A DNA stretch of 64,000 bases, from positions 1-64,000 of IMG/VR virus record IMGVR_UViG_3300041583_000284; one strand, written 5' to 3'. The DNA comes from a virus. Positions 28,401 to 36,798 of the stretch are shown piece after piece. The notes beneath the pieces are model-generated. The model was given only the letters and a program-made list of their open reading frames with translations. It searched no databases and was not told the origin of the DNA. The position numbers and the translations under genes are program-made. The stretch's first letter is position 1, and each line of letters starts with the position of its first letter.

Positions 28401-31400
28401 CGGACCCGGGCAACCTTGGCACTCAAGGCATCCGCCGTCACGGGGCTCGACCAACCCCTGTTGCCGAGCGTTCGGCGCCTTCTGGCCAAGGGGGATCTGA
28501 AGCGGGCTCTGGAGGCTATCGCGGCAACCGCGGAGAGCTCTGGCGTGGCCCGCGTTGCTCGGGCGCTCTCCCGTGTGTCTGGCACCACGAAGGTGGAGCT
28601 CGTCACCGACCTGACTGCTGAGGACGGATCGCCCGCCTCTGGCCGGTTTGACCCCGCGACAAACACGATCTCCCTTGACGCTTCCACGGGCCTGAATTTC
28701 CACACGGTGCTGCACGAGATGACCCACGCAGCAGTGTCCAAGACCCTTGCCAACCCGAGCCACCCCCTAACAGTGCAGCTGAAGACGCTGTTCACCAACA
28801 CGAAGCCCGCTCTGGGGGCTGCCTACGGCACCACAAGCCTGCAAGAGTTCGCCGCGGAAGTCATGGGCAGCGTCAAGTTTCGGCAGTCTCTGGCCCAGCT
28901 GAACGAGCGGGGAAAAACTATCTCTGCGCTGGACCGCGCGATGCACGCCATCAGCAACTTTGTGCGCCGCTTGATGGGCATGAACCACCGGACCATGGAC
29001 TCGGCGCTGTCTCGCGGCGACCAGATCGTTATGGGCATGCTGGCCCCGGCCCCTGAGTCCCGAAACTCAGGCGTGCTCTATATGGCAAGCCGTAGAGGGA
29101 CCGGAGGGCGCCTTCTCAGCAACCTGCTTAACGCGGGCACCGTGGAGCCGACCGCAGAGCGTATGGAGAGGCTCACGGAGGTCCTGACCGACGCGGGTTC
29201 TGACGCAAAGTACGGAATTACCTACTTGTTCCGGGAGGCGCTGCTGCGCCTGACGCCGCTGCACTACATAGTGCAGATAGCTGCACCGTACTTCCCCAGT
29301 GCGCCCCGGCTGAACGAGCTGGTGAACGAAGCCAACGGGGAAATAGCAAGGGTTCTTGAGCGGACCTCCGCGCTGAACAATGCTATTGGTAAGTGGGCAA
29401 GCGGTAACCGGGAGCTCGTGGACCGGTTCAACTCCCTCATCAACTATTCGACGCTCTATCAGGTGGACCCGGAGATCAGTGGGGCTGCGGCCCTCAAGGC
29501 CTACGGCTCTGACACAGACCGCATGCAGCAGTACCGCGCGGTTATGGCAGACTGGAACGCCGTAGACCCCTCGGGGCAGGCAGAGTATCGCCGCATACGC
29601 AACGTGTTTCGCACCTTGCAGTCAGACCTCATGTCCGCGCTTGATGCCCGGCTCGAGGCTGCTATCCCTGACGCGCAGGTCCGCGCCCGGGTGCGCAAAG
29701 ACTTGTACACGCAGCTCACGAAGAAAGATCAGCTCTCGGTCTACTTTGCGCTGGGCCGTGATGGGGACTATTGGATGACTTACAACGCCTATGACCCTCG
29801 CAGCGGATCGGTTGAGTATTTTGTGGAGGCGTTCAAGTCCCAAGCAGACCGCAACCGTGCCCAGTTGGAGCTCCAGAGTGATCCCGACACTCAGGCGGGC
29901 AACTTTAACCACATGCTGCGGACTGACAGTGAGGGGTTCGCCAACGCCCCTCCGGCGTCGTTTATCGCGAAGCTCAACACACAGCTCCGGGGGGCGAGCG
30001 TGGATGAGGACACCATCAGGCTGGTCACGAACTTGTACCTAGACACGGTGCCAGAGACCTCATTCCTGCAGTCATACCGGCAGCGGAAGGGCACGTTGGG
30101 CTTCAACAAGGACGCGATCCGCACCAACACGTCCAAGGCCAACTCACTCGCGCGCAATATCGTGCAGCTGCGGTTCGGGTCAAAGTTCTCGGCGCTGAAG
30201 ACGAAGTTCGAGAAAGAAGCCAAGCAGCTTGGTTCCGAGGCTGCAGAGGTGCGGCAGATCCGAAATCAGTTGAACGCCTTCGCCAACTTCGCATCTAACC
30301 CTGCCCTCCCCGGCTGGTCCCAGACGCTGAGGTCCTTTGCGTTCAACATGACCCTCGGGTTCAACATCTCCACAGCCATGCTGAACCTCATGCAGATGCC
30401 TATGATCGGGCTGCCCTTCCTCGGAGCGAAGTATGGCTACCGGGAAACCACTCGTGCCATGGGCGCAGCCACGCGGCTGATCGCTGGCAGCGGCACCATG
30501 CGGGAGATCGACGCCTTCAACCCTGACGGCACTGGACTGGTCAAGGAGCGGGTGGAGGCACAGCCGTCGCTGGAGAACTATGACTTCACCGCGCCGAACC
30601 TATCACCCGAGCTGCAAAAGCTGCAGTATCTCGTGGCTGAGGGACGCACCAACGGGCAGTTCAACCGGTCCATTACGCTCGACACCCTCGACATTGACGG
30701 GTCTCAGGGCCTTTCGGAGAAGTTCAACCGGGCAACGGGCTGGATGCTCCACCACTCGGAGCGCTACAACCGTGAGGTCGCACTGGCATCATCGTACATG
30801 CTCGAGCTGGGCAGGTTGGAAAAGGCGGGCACCGCGCTGACCTCTGAGGTTATGCGCAACGCGGCCAAGCAGGCTGTGTACCTGACGGAGATGATAAACG
30901 GGGGCACCGCAGCGGCGTCTACGCCTCGCATCGCCCAGAACGGGCTCGGCTCTCTTGTGTTCATGTACAAGCGGTACGGCGTGTCTATGTATGCCCTGAT
31001 GTTTGACTCGGCCAAGCGTGCCCTCAAGGACCAGTCGCCCGAAGCAAGGCGCATTGCGCAGAAGCAGATCGGGGGCCTCGTGGGCGCAACAGCGCTCCTG
31101 TCCGGTATCGCTGGCCTGCCAATGTTCGGCACCGCCGCCATGCTCTACAACTTGCTGTGGGCCGACGACGACGAGGAACAGTTCGAGTCTGTGGTGCGGG
31201 AGTACATTGGGGACGGTGCAAATCGAGGGATACTTGATTACGCTCTGGGCATCAGCGTTGCGCCCCGCATCGGCCTGTCAGACATCTTGTTCCGGGAGCC
31301 TATGATCGAGAAGGAGCAGTCCAGCCTATGGACTGTTGCGGAGGTGCTGGGGGGCCCTGCTATCGGCACCTATCTGAACCTCGAGCGCGGCGTCAAAGAC

Positions 31401-31889
31401 ATGGCCGCTGGTCAATGGCAACGAGGCATCGAGTCAGCATCTCCTGCGGCGGTCCGTTACTTCCTGAAGGCTGGCCGGTATGCGGCTGACGGTTCCGTGA
31501 CGCGCTCCGGGGACACTATTGTCGAGGAGATACACCCCGGCCACGTTCTTGCGCAGGCCCTCGGCTTCGCCCCGGCGGAAATCATCGCGGTGCAAGAGGT
31601 CAACTCTGCACGAAAAAGGCTGGATCTGGGTATCAATAAGCGCAAGTCCAAGCTAGCTGATCGCTATGCAATGGCGCAGAAGGAAGGCAACTCCGAGGCC
31701 ATGAAGGACATTATCGCGGACATAAAGGACTTCAACGCGGATCACCCATACACGGGGATAGACCGCGATTTCCTTCGGAGCTCTATGAAGAGCCGGGCGA
31801 ACACCGACAAGCGGACCTACAACGGGGTGTCGTTCGACGCCAGATTGGTGGATGAGGTGCGGGCCCGGTTCAAGGACTATCAGGGATGA
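25497..31889 (+). CDS. giant virion protein (2130 aa) with HExxH zincin motif and C-terminal hydrophobic segments
   Basis: GGAGG RBS. HEMTH at 28713-28727 (aa 1073-1077). Several short internal tandem duplications. TM-like segments near aa 1620-1650 and 1860-1885. Last gene of the + strand virion block, in a T7 gp16-like position. Confidence 0.7.
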   Translation: MAILTIPGQFSGKNYTVNIPGETPSVDEQNKIDAFVRQRESDFLAEYEQVYGKPLDTGEGSGFGNYLGEIPKGLARGAVGMLETGALGAAALLPERFEDPTREFIRGTAYNLKPQTDIGLEDSLVGKLSEGVGSFAGILAAGAINPAAAVALAGAAGSGEASERARAKDATEEERTLAAALGLVPGMFDYIPVARIFNRLGATRTRGLKASLGRILQQSGEEALQEAAQEVAQNLIAQGVYDPDQDALGGVGEAAALGGGVGAIVQGLVELVLPGRRRGAATGTEAGESADAGTEAGESADAEPFDDADMLFPPGMEMRPAITGDAFAALTQQQQAQETAFAQAEKFVVQKQILADAANGMSTADSAKKRRDTIKNLTAGVEKGAQLGVLTDFVQQVRNRIGVPVVRPEPEFSADDQLKLDKWRASTKAFLDAGKKAGPEMVPTPVSGTQLTAKQKKAAEAAARKAAKEAAAGVVPPAAAVEPVATADAGPPAAIADLFAPAATAEPVVTPAAATADLFAPAAAAPVIASADAVAAAPVGAPVVATPPAGETLFTPEFVQSLGFSKGSPVTKAATAPAGVLAGKPLSDPAVQKRLKELLANAQVPSANKAAIRAAMAPAPSAAPVLDPAPTASVAETPAPTASVAEREPMRGAIPGEVSGTAGQNIAQGVRGVASSPAPSVVTPTAAANPNDSKALGEQIAAYVRSTLPQEQQDFLYAGGAGFIGVDSTDATDKSLILALLAQGGAKTPEEKAAKKFFSKFTNPTEALEEIAAQSVLSPKTFDKRGDSAEASAFYAGMGSDAAVLAGKWALTRVSAPARAAFRKARQDARSAKARLYVQSTAGQDPVTTPLTAVNTEAPTAEEKAAGEAAFAAPITPEERAGWATGVAEAAEATKAEQNLLRAERAAALARRDAEPAAIKRAGLALLRAQREAAMTPEERNARAQRDMAKRAAVSAEQDLENAVDIIMRTRATLALKASAVTGLDQPLLPSVRRLLAKGDLKRALEAIAATAESSGVARVARALSRVSGTTKVELVTDLTAEDGSPASGRFDPATNTISLDASTGLNFHTVLHEMTHAAVSKTLANPSHPLTVQLKTLFTNTKPALGAAYGTTSLQEFAAEVMGSVKFRQSLAQLNERGKTISALDRAMHAISNFVRRLMGMNHRTMDSALSRGDQIVMGMLAPAPESRNSGVLYMASRRGTGGRLLSNLLNAGTVEPTAERMERLTEVLTDAGSDAKYGITYLFREALLRLTPLHYIVQIAAPYFPSAPRLNELVNEANGEIARVLERTSALNNAIGKWASGNRELVDRFNSLINYSTLYQVDPEISGAAALKAYGSDTDRMQQYRAVMADWNAVDPSGQAEYRRIRNVFRTLQSDLMSALDARLEAAIPDAQVRARVRKDLYTQLTKKDQLSVYFALGRDGDYWMTYNAYDPRSGSVEYFVEAFKSQADRNRAQLELQSDPDTQAGNFNHMLRTDSEGFANAPPASFIAKLNTQLRGASVDEDTIRLVTNLYLDTVPETSFLQSYRQRKGTLGFNKDAIRTNTSKANSLARNIVQLRFGSKFSALKTKFEKEAKQLGSEAAEVRQIRNQLNAFANFASNPALPGWSQTLRSFAFNMTLGFNISTAMLNLMQMPMIGLPFLGAKYGYRETTRAMGAATRLIAGSGTMREIDAFNPDGTGLVKERVEAQPSLENYDFTAPNLSPELQKLQYLVAEGRTNGQFNRSITLDTLDIDGSQGLSEKFNRATGWMLHHSERYNREVALASSYMLELGRLEKAGTALTSEVMRNAAKQAVYLTEMINGGTAAASTPRIAQNGLGSLVFMYKRYGVSMYALMFDSAKRALKDQSPEARRIAQKQIGGLVGATALLSGIAGLPMFGTAAMLYNLLWADDDEEQFESVVREYIGDGANRGILDYALGISVAPRIGLSDILFREPMIEKEQSSLWTVAEVLGGPAIGTYLNLERGVKDMAAGQWQRGIESASPAAVRYFLKAGRYAADGSVTRSGDTIVEEIHPGHVLAQALGFAPAEIIAVQEVNSARKRLDLGINKRKSKLADRYAMAQKEGNSEAMKDIIADIKDFNADHPYTGIDRDFLRSSMKSRANTDKRTYNGVSFDARLVDEVRARFKDYQG

Positions 31890-31894
31890 AAAAA

Positions 31895-31914
31895 GCCCCC
31901 GCCGGAGCGGGGGC
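31895..31914 (-). terminator. terminator at the convergent junction of + and - modules
   Basis: GCCCCCGC-CGGA-GCGGGGGC stem-loop with an A6 tract on its left, which is a U-tract for - strand transcripts. 5 nt after the + strand stop. Confidence 0.55.
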
Positions 31915-31983
31915 AGTAGGCTAGGAACAACCTTGGGAGGTACGACAGGAAGCAGGTGGCTCTGTTCTGTCAAGGTAACTATA

Positions 31984-32205
31984 TCATGGGGTTCGCCATA
32001 TACGCAACCCCAAAATGTTGTCTTTGAAGGCCCGCCGACAGGCGATACGGATCTCCAGTTTTCTCGCTATGACCTCGGCCTGCTTCTGGCAGGCTTGGGC
32101 GTTTATGCAGGGCACGAACACTGACATCCCGGGATAGAGCTCCTTCCACGGGACCACGATGCGAAGCCCGTCCGGGCATAGGTCAAGTAGGGTCCGAACT
32201 GTCAT
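31984..32205 (-). CDS. hypothetical protein (73 aa), last gene of the - strand replication operon
   Basis: ATG at 32205 overlapping the primase-helicase 3' end, followed by the 31895-31914 terminator. Confidence 0.4.
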   Translation of the reverse strand: MTVRTLLDLCPDGLRIVVPWKELYPGMSVFVPCINAQACQKQAEVIARKLEIRIACRRAFKDNILGLRIWRTP

Positions 32206-35092
32206 GAGGTGCCTCAAAATGCATGGGGATCTTCAGCACGTCCACCGGGGGCAGGCTCATCGAGGTGCCTTTGGACAGCCGCACGCGGACTTTCTCAGCC
32301 TTGACCTTCTTCGTCAGCTCATCTTGCACCGATGCATAGTTGATCTGCTGCTCGGACAACCACTCCTTGAACGGACGGATCAACAGGTACAACTGCTTGA
32401 GGTCTGTCTCGTACCGCCCCGCAAAGTCTGTGCTGCGGGGCATCTGCTCTGGCACCGCCATGTGCTCCATCGTGGTCGATGTGCCCCGGGCCCGAAGGTC
32501 TATGGTCGATTTGATCTGCAGGATGCGGCCCCAGTTCTCGTAGACGTACTCGTTGACCAGCGCCACTGCGTCAATCGTGAGTTCCCCGCTCGCCTGCTGG
32601 TTCGGGCGCAGCACCTTGGCGATGACGTAATCGCGGAGCGTCTTGACGTTGTACTGTAGCAGACCAAGGTGGTTGCAGATCACGGCCGCGGCGATAGATG
32701 CTGCCATGGCGGACGACCAGAAGCGGTTCTCCGGCCCCAAGTTCGCTGTGGTGTCGATCTGGCGCTGGACAGTCTGCACCAGTATCTGGACCTCCTGCAG
32801 GTTCTGGAGGACGTACTGAACGAAGGGCACACCGGCATGACCGTAGTGCAGGAGCAGGTCCCGGCTGAACTTGTCGGTGTCCTCCTTGTCAGACTTCTGC
32901 GAGAACAGCCGGCCAACCTCAATCTCGAGGACCCGCTGGGCTTCTGCTTTTGGCATGGCCTTGGCGCTGGCCACCTTGTCGATCAGGCTGGCATTGCCAG
33001 ATGTGATGAACAGCAGGTTCCAAGGATCGCCGCGGAAGCGCTCCGAGTTGCCGCTGGACGACATCCTGTTGCGCTGCTGGCCCCCGGTCACCTGATAGAT
33101 GAGGTCTGATGCGTGGTCGGGGCGGATGTTGGTCACCTCGTCCATGCACACAGGGATGCTGTGCATCACGTCAGCCCGGTTCATGCGAGAGTTGTGGGTG
33201 TCCCGCTCGTCAAGGATCAGCTTCTTCGGGTTGCCCCAGATAGATAGCGCTGCGAGCTTCGCTGTGGTTTTGCCGAACCCAGAATCTTTGGACCACAGGT
33301 GGATCAGGGCAGCGCTTTCCGGCAGGAACTTCATCAGGGCAGAGCCGAACCCCGCGCAGACCACGAGCTGGTGCAGCTCGAAGCCGGGCCGATTGTAGAA
33401 GGCCATTGTCTCCTTCCAGCCCTCCAAGGTGCCTTTGGGGGTGAAAAACTCGGTCAGCCCCCGTGTGCCTGCTGCTGGTGCATTGTGCTCGATACGGTCG
33501 CTTTGGATGACTTGCTCACCCAGCACGAACCCGTTGAACTCGCCGACCCAGCCAAACTGGCGGTGCGCGTTGTCTGCTTGCGATCTATATTGCAATTCTC
33601 TCACCCATGTTTGTGTGTACTGCATAAGCGCGTCCACTTCTTTGTTGATAGCCGCCACACCCTGCATAGCGAGGGCGCGTCGAAATTCCTCTTTCGAGGT
33701 GACTGCGTAGAGGGGCACAACGAACGTGCGGGCCTTGTCTTGGGGCAGATGATACCGCATCTCGATAACCTCGCCTTGCTCGGGATCAACCAGCCGCCGG
33801 AGCACGTAGATGTCGTGGAGCCAGACCAGCTTTGAGTCCACCACCCCTTCGGCATCCTTGGTCTCTAGGTATACTCCGCCCCCGATACCGCGCTTGTAGG
33901 GGTACGGCAGAGGAGGAAGCACCATCTTGCCGTCGCCGCGGACTTCCACGACCAGCTTCGTGCCTTCTGGAGCCTCGAACACTTCCACAGGGCCCTCGGC
34001 CTGTATCAGGGAGTTCCCCAAAACAATCGGGGACTTGATTTTGCCCCAGTGCGGGCAGCCTTCGCAGCCGCCGGGGTTCAACTCGTCAAACCGCACACAG
34101 AGATAGGGACCCTTGATCTGGGAGGCCTTGTACGCAGTGTCTTCAGCGTCGTAGTCCGGGTGCCCCGCAGACAGCCAATGGATGGCCTGCTGCTCGGCGC
34201 AGTGTGTCGCGATGGACAGCCCTGCACGCCACAATGGTTCTGGCACAGTTGTCGGGTCTGACAGCATGGCCCCTATCTGTGCGCAGCCGGTGCCCGCAGC
34301 GGTCTTTCGGGCGATCTTCTTGAACGATGCTTCTATGTTGCCCCGCAGGGCATCCATGACAGCGCTGGTGCCTACCACGGCGGCGGCCGCAGCGGAAACC
34401 TTCATGGCAGGGTCTGCAAACAGGCCTGCTGGTGCCGAGACCGCTGCGTGGGGCGCTATGCACGCATTGAACAGCTCAAGAGATGTTGCCTCATGATCCC
34501 CGTTGGCCAGTATCGTGACCGGGTTCGGCGGGGTGTCCTTGTAGTTGTGGGTGCCCGGCATGCGCAGCACCCGTGCAGCATCTGCAGTTGCCGTGGTATC
34601 GCAGCAAAAGCCTAGTGTCTTGCAGGCCGACTTGAACCGTGTCGCCACAGGCAGCCAGCTTGCATAGGGCACCGCAGAAGTGAGCGGCCAGTAGACATGC
34701 AGGCCCCGGCCCGAGTTTACGATGATCGGTTTTGGCAATTTCAGCTTCTTGACGAAGCCGCGCAGAGACAGCAGTGCTTCTCCTTGGTTGGGGTAGTCCT
34801 TGCCCGCCCCGCAGTCCAGATCGAGAAAGAAAGACCCCATCGAAGTAACGTTGCCAGCCTCACGGCTGTCTGCTGTAGCGAAACGCCCCAGCGCGAAATA
34901 GGCATCACGCTCGTTGCTGTCGAAGTTTAAGGCCGCATGGATAGCGGCCTCTGGGGTATCGTAGAATTTCTGGGTGCGTTTGCCCTTGTCGGGCCCTAGT
35001 GCAAGGATGCTGTAGTATCCGGCGTCCCCCGTGACACGCCTTACGAAGTCTGTTGTTTCCATAGCCGCCACTCTTTGGATGATGCTCGCCAA
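32183..35092 (-). CDS. bifunctional primase-polymerase / superfamily 3 (D5-like) helicase
   Basis: N-terminal prim-pol-like block (FFLDLDCG...GRGLHVYWPL). Central and C-terminal P-loop WSKDSGFGKTT with downstream DE (CMDEVT). The start is ambiguous: TTG at 35092 or ATG at 35062. Confidence 0.75.
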   Translation of the reverse strand: MASIIQRVAAMETTDFVRRVTGDAGYYSILALGPDKGKRTQKFYDTPEAAIHAALNFDSNERDAYFALGRFATADSREAGNVTSMGSFFLDLDCGAGKDYPNQGEALLSLRGFVKKLKLPKPIIVNSGRGLHVYWPLTSAVPYASWLPVATRFKSACKTLGFCCDTTATADAARVLRMPGTHNYKDTPPNPVTILANGDHEATSLELFNACIAPHAAVSAPAGLFADPAMKVSAAAAAVVGTSAVMDALRGNIEASFKKIARKTAAGTGCAQIGAMLSDPTTVPEPLWRAGLSIATHCAEQQAIHWLSAGHPDYDAEDTAYKASQIKGPYLCVRFDELNPGGCEGCPHWGKIKSPIVLGNSLIQAEGPVEVFEAPEGTKLVVEVRGDGKMVLPPLPYPYKRGIGGGVYLETKDAEGVVDSKLVWLHDIYVLRRLVDPEQGEVIEMRYHLPQDKARTFVVPLYAVTSKEEFRRALAMQGVAAINKEVDALMQYTQTWVRELQYRSQADNAHRQFGWVGEFNGFVLGEQVIQSDRIEHNAPAAGTRGLTEFFTPKGTLEGWKETMAFYNRPGFELHQLVVCAGFGSALMKFLPESAALIHLWSKDSGFGKTTAKLAALSIWGNPKKLILDERDTHNSRMNRADVMHSIPVCMDEVTNIRPDHASDLIYQVTGGQQRNRMSSSGNSERFRGDPWNLLFITSGNASLIDKVASAKAMPKAEAQRVLEIEVGRLFSQKSDKEDTDKFSRDLLLHYGHAGVPFVQYVLQNLQEVQILVQTVQRQIDTTANLGPENRFWSSAMAASIAAAVICNHLGLLQYNVKTLRDYVIAKVLRPNQQASGELTIDAVALVNEYVYENWGRILQIKSTIDLRARGTSTTMEHMAVPEQMPRSTDFAGRYETDLKQLYLLIRPFKEWLSEQQINYASVQDELTKKVKAEKVRVRLSKGTSMSLPPVDVLKIPMHFEAPHDSSDPT

Positions 35093-35142
35093 GGCTGGTG
35101 CCTTTACCCCCTCGGCGAGCTTTGTTTCAGTGACCTGCGACC

Positions 35143-36123
35143 TTATTCGTCGTCATCGTCATCCCACTGCCCAATGATGCTGGCCAGATCCGTCTTGGTC
35201 TCCGCAACAGCCGCAGGCTTGGTCGTGCGCTTGATGGGCGCATCTTCGTCCTCGTCTTCGACCGGAGCAGGCTTGGGCTTCGGCTTGGGCTTTGGCGCGG
35301 GCTCTTCGTCCTCTTCTTCGACCGGAGCAGGCTTCGGCTTCGGCTTCGGCTTCGCCTTCGGCTTCGGGGCAGGGTCCGCCGACTTAGGCTTGACGCCGTC
35401 GCCTTGGGACACGGTCATTGTCAGTGCAGCCTTCGCCGCATCGCTGTCCCGTGCGTCCACAGCAGCGCGGAGCTCGTCCTCATCCAGTGGGCGGACAGGC
35501 TTGAAGTACAGCTTCGGCGTCTCTGTGTCTTCGTCGAAGGACACCTCGGTCACGATGGCCGTGATCGGAGTACTGTGGACCCCCAGCAGCTTGGCATACG
35601 CCTGCATGCCCATCAGGCCCTTGTTCGCCTCGCCGAAGATTGACGTGGCAGGGAGCTGCATCTGGTACACGGTGTTCTCCGGGTCGCCTTCCAGCACCAC
35701 GGCAAGGCGCTGGCTGAAGCGGCATGCACGTGAGTCGCCCTGCCCAGAGCCCTTGATGTTCATCGGGCAGTCAGTGCAGCTGGCCGACATCTTCTGGTCT
35801 TCAGGCACGTCTGGGCTCGGCACCCGGGTATCAGAGGACCAGCAGACTGGCGCCGTGGCGCTGTTCGGGTCGTAGGTGCCTTCATAATAGGTGCGCGCCA
35901 GAGGGGCAGCGTTCGCGATGATAAGGTTGAGCTGGCCACCTTTGAACACGCGCACTTGCTCGCCACCGATGATCTCACGGAAGCGGCCGCCTTTGATACT
36001 GATACGCGGGATGCCGATAGGGTTGCCCGCAAGGGTTTTGTTCGTATCCAGCAGGGACTTGAACAGGTCGCTGGTCACCATCGAGTTCCCGGCGCCACCG
36101 AAAAGGGTCATTGCATCACTCAT
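35143..36123 (-). CDS. putative ssDNA-binding protein
   Basis: 326 aa. Globular N-terminal region with CxxC (SCTDCPMN), a PKPK/acidic tandem linker and an acidic tail QWDDDDDE typical of SSB C-termini. Positioned next to the primase. Functional call is an inference. Confidence 0.45.
   Translation of the reverse strand: MSDAMTLFGGAGNSMVTSDLFKSLLDTNKTLAGNPIGIPRISIKGGRFREIIGGEQVRVFKGGQLNLIIANAAPLARTYYEGTYDPNSATAPVCWSSDTRVPSPDVPEDQKMSASCTDCPMNIKGSGQGDSRACRFSQRLAVVLEGDPENTVYQMQLPATSIFGEANKGLMGMQAYAKLLGVHSTPITAIVTEVSFDEDTETPKLYFKPVRPLDEDELRAAVDARDSDAAKAALTMTVSQGDGVKPKSADPAPKPKAKPKPKPKPAPVEEEDEEPAPKPKPKPKPAPVEDEDEDAPIKRTTKPAAVAETKTDLASIIGQWDDDDDE
35244..35363 (-). repeat. 60-nt tandem duplication in the SSB-like gene linker
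   Basis: CTTCGTCCTC(G/T)TCTTCGACCGGAGCAGGCTT(G/C)GGCTTCGGCTT occurs twice. Encodes PKPKPKPAPVE(E/D)EDE. Confidence 0.85.
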
Positions 36124-36346
36124 TGTTATCTCCAGAGGTTGTAGGTTTTTGTTGTGCAGCCTCAGCGTGGGACTGCAGGGCAGTGACGACCGCGGGCAGG
36201 TTAAAGCGGTACACGGAGCCCAGTTGGATGTATGTATCCTTGGGGACTGTGCCCGCCCGCACCCAACTGCGGAAGGTAGAGAGGGACACCAGAAAATGCT
36301 TCGCAGCGTCCTCCAGCGTCACATAGGGAGTGGGGTTCGGTGTCAT
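36116..36346 (-). CDS. helix-turn-helix DNA-binding protein (excisionase/MerR-like HTH_17 type)
   Basis: YVTLEDAAKHFLVSLSTFRSWVRAGTVP....LGSVYRF is the typical Xis/AlpA-like HTH pattern. Confidence 0.6.
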   Translation of the reverse strand: MTPNPTPYVTLEDAAKHFLVSLSTFRSWVRAGTVPKDTYIQLGSVYRFNLPAVVTALQSHAEAAQQKPTTSGDNNE

Positions 36347-36750
36347 GCTTTCCTCACAGAAATGGAATACTCCGAATCGACGTTCAACGCCGGGAGCGTG
36401 ATTTCAGGGTTCTCCTCAATGTACGCCTTAACCGCCGTCTGGTTCAAGCGCTTCTCAAGGAACTCGGGTAGGCTGTGCTCCATGATGAAGGCATGCATCG
36501 CCTGCCAATCGCCCGTCCAGTAACGGGTCTTCGTGGAGCGGTAGAACAAGCCGCTGGCCGTGCGGACAGAGTCCACGCCATGCTCCTTGCAGTGGTCCAA
36601 CAGCGCCCGCTTGATGGTGTCCATCTGCTCAGTGAACTTCTTGTCCTCGGTGTCGTACTCCAGCTTCAGCTTCGCCTTCGCGTCGCGGATGCGGATGTAG
36701 GCTTTGGTCATCTTGCCCACCATTGCCGACTCTGTGTTCTCGGTTGTCAT
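36343..36750 (-). CDS. hypothetical protein (135 aa)
   Basis: ATG with the conserved AACCACTGGAGAA leader. ATGA overlap downstream. Confidence 0.5.
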   Translation of the reverse strand: MTTENTESAMVGKMTKAYIRIRDAKAKLKLEYDTEDKKFTEQMDTIKRALLDHCKEHGVDSVRTASGLFYRSTKTRYWTGDWQAMHAFIMEHSLPEFLEKRLNQTAVKAYIEENPEITLPALNVDSEYSISVRKA

Positions 36751-36798
36751 TAGCTGTTCTCCAGTGGTTATAGCGCTTATCTAATAGTGCGCGGTTAC

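Noticed and set aside
25497-31889. The 2130-aa protein as an N4-like virion RNA polymerase or as a siphovirus tape measure protein.
   Set aside because: No RNAP-like catalytic motifs were recognised. The gene is the last of the virion block, not between tail chaperones and distal tail genes. The HExxH motif plus the T7 gp16-like position favours an ejected polyvalent protein. The call remains unverified.
31895-31914. The hairpin after the 2130-aa gene as a classical + strand terminator.
   Set aside because: There is no U-tract on the + strand side. The A6 run on its left makes it a better - strand terminator. It may still act bidirectionally at the convergent junction.
36116-36346. The excisionase-like HTH protein as evidence of a lysogeny module.
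   Set aside because: No integrase, recombinase or repressor/Cro pair was recognised anywhere in the window. It is more likely a transcriptional regulator.
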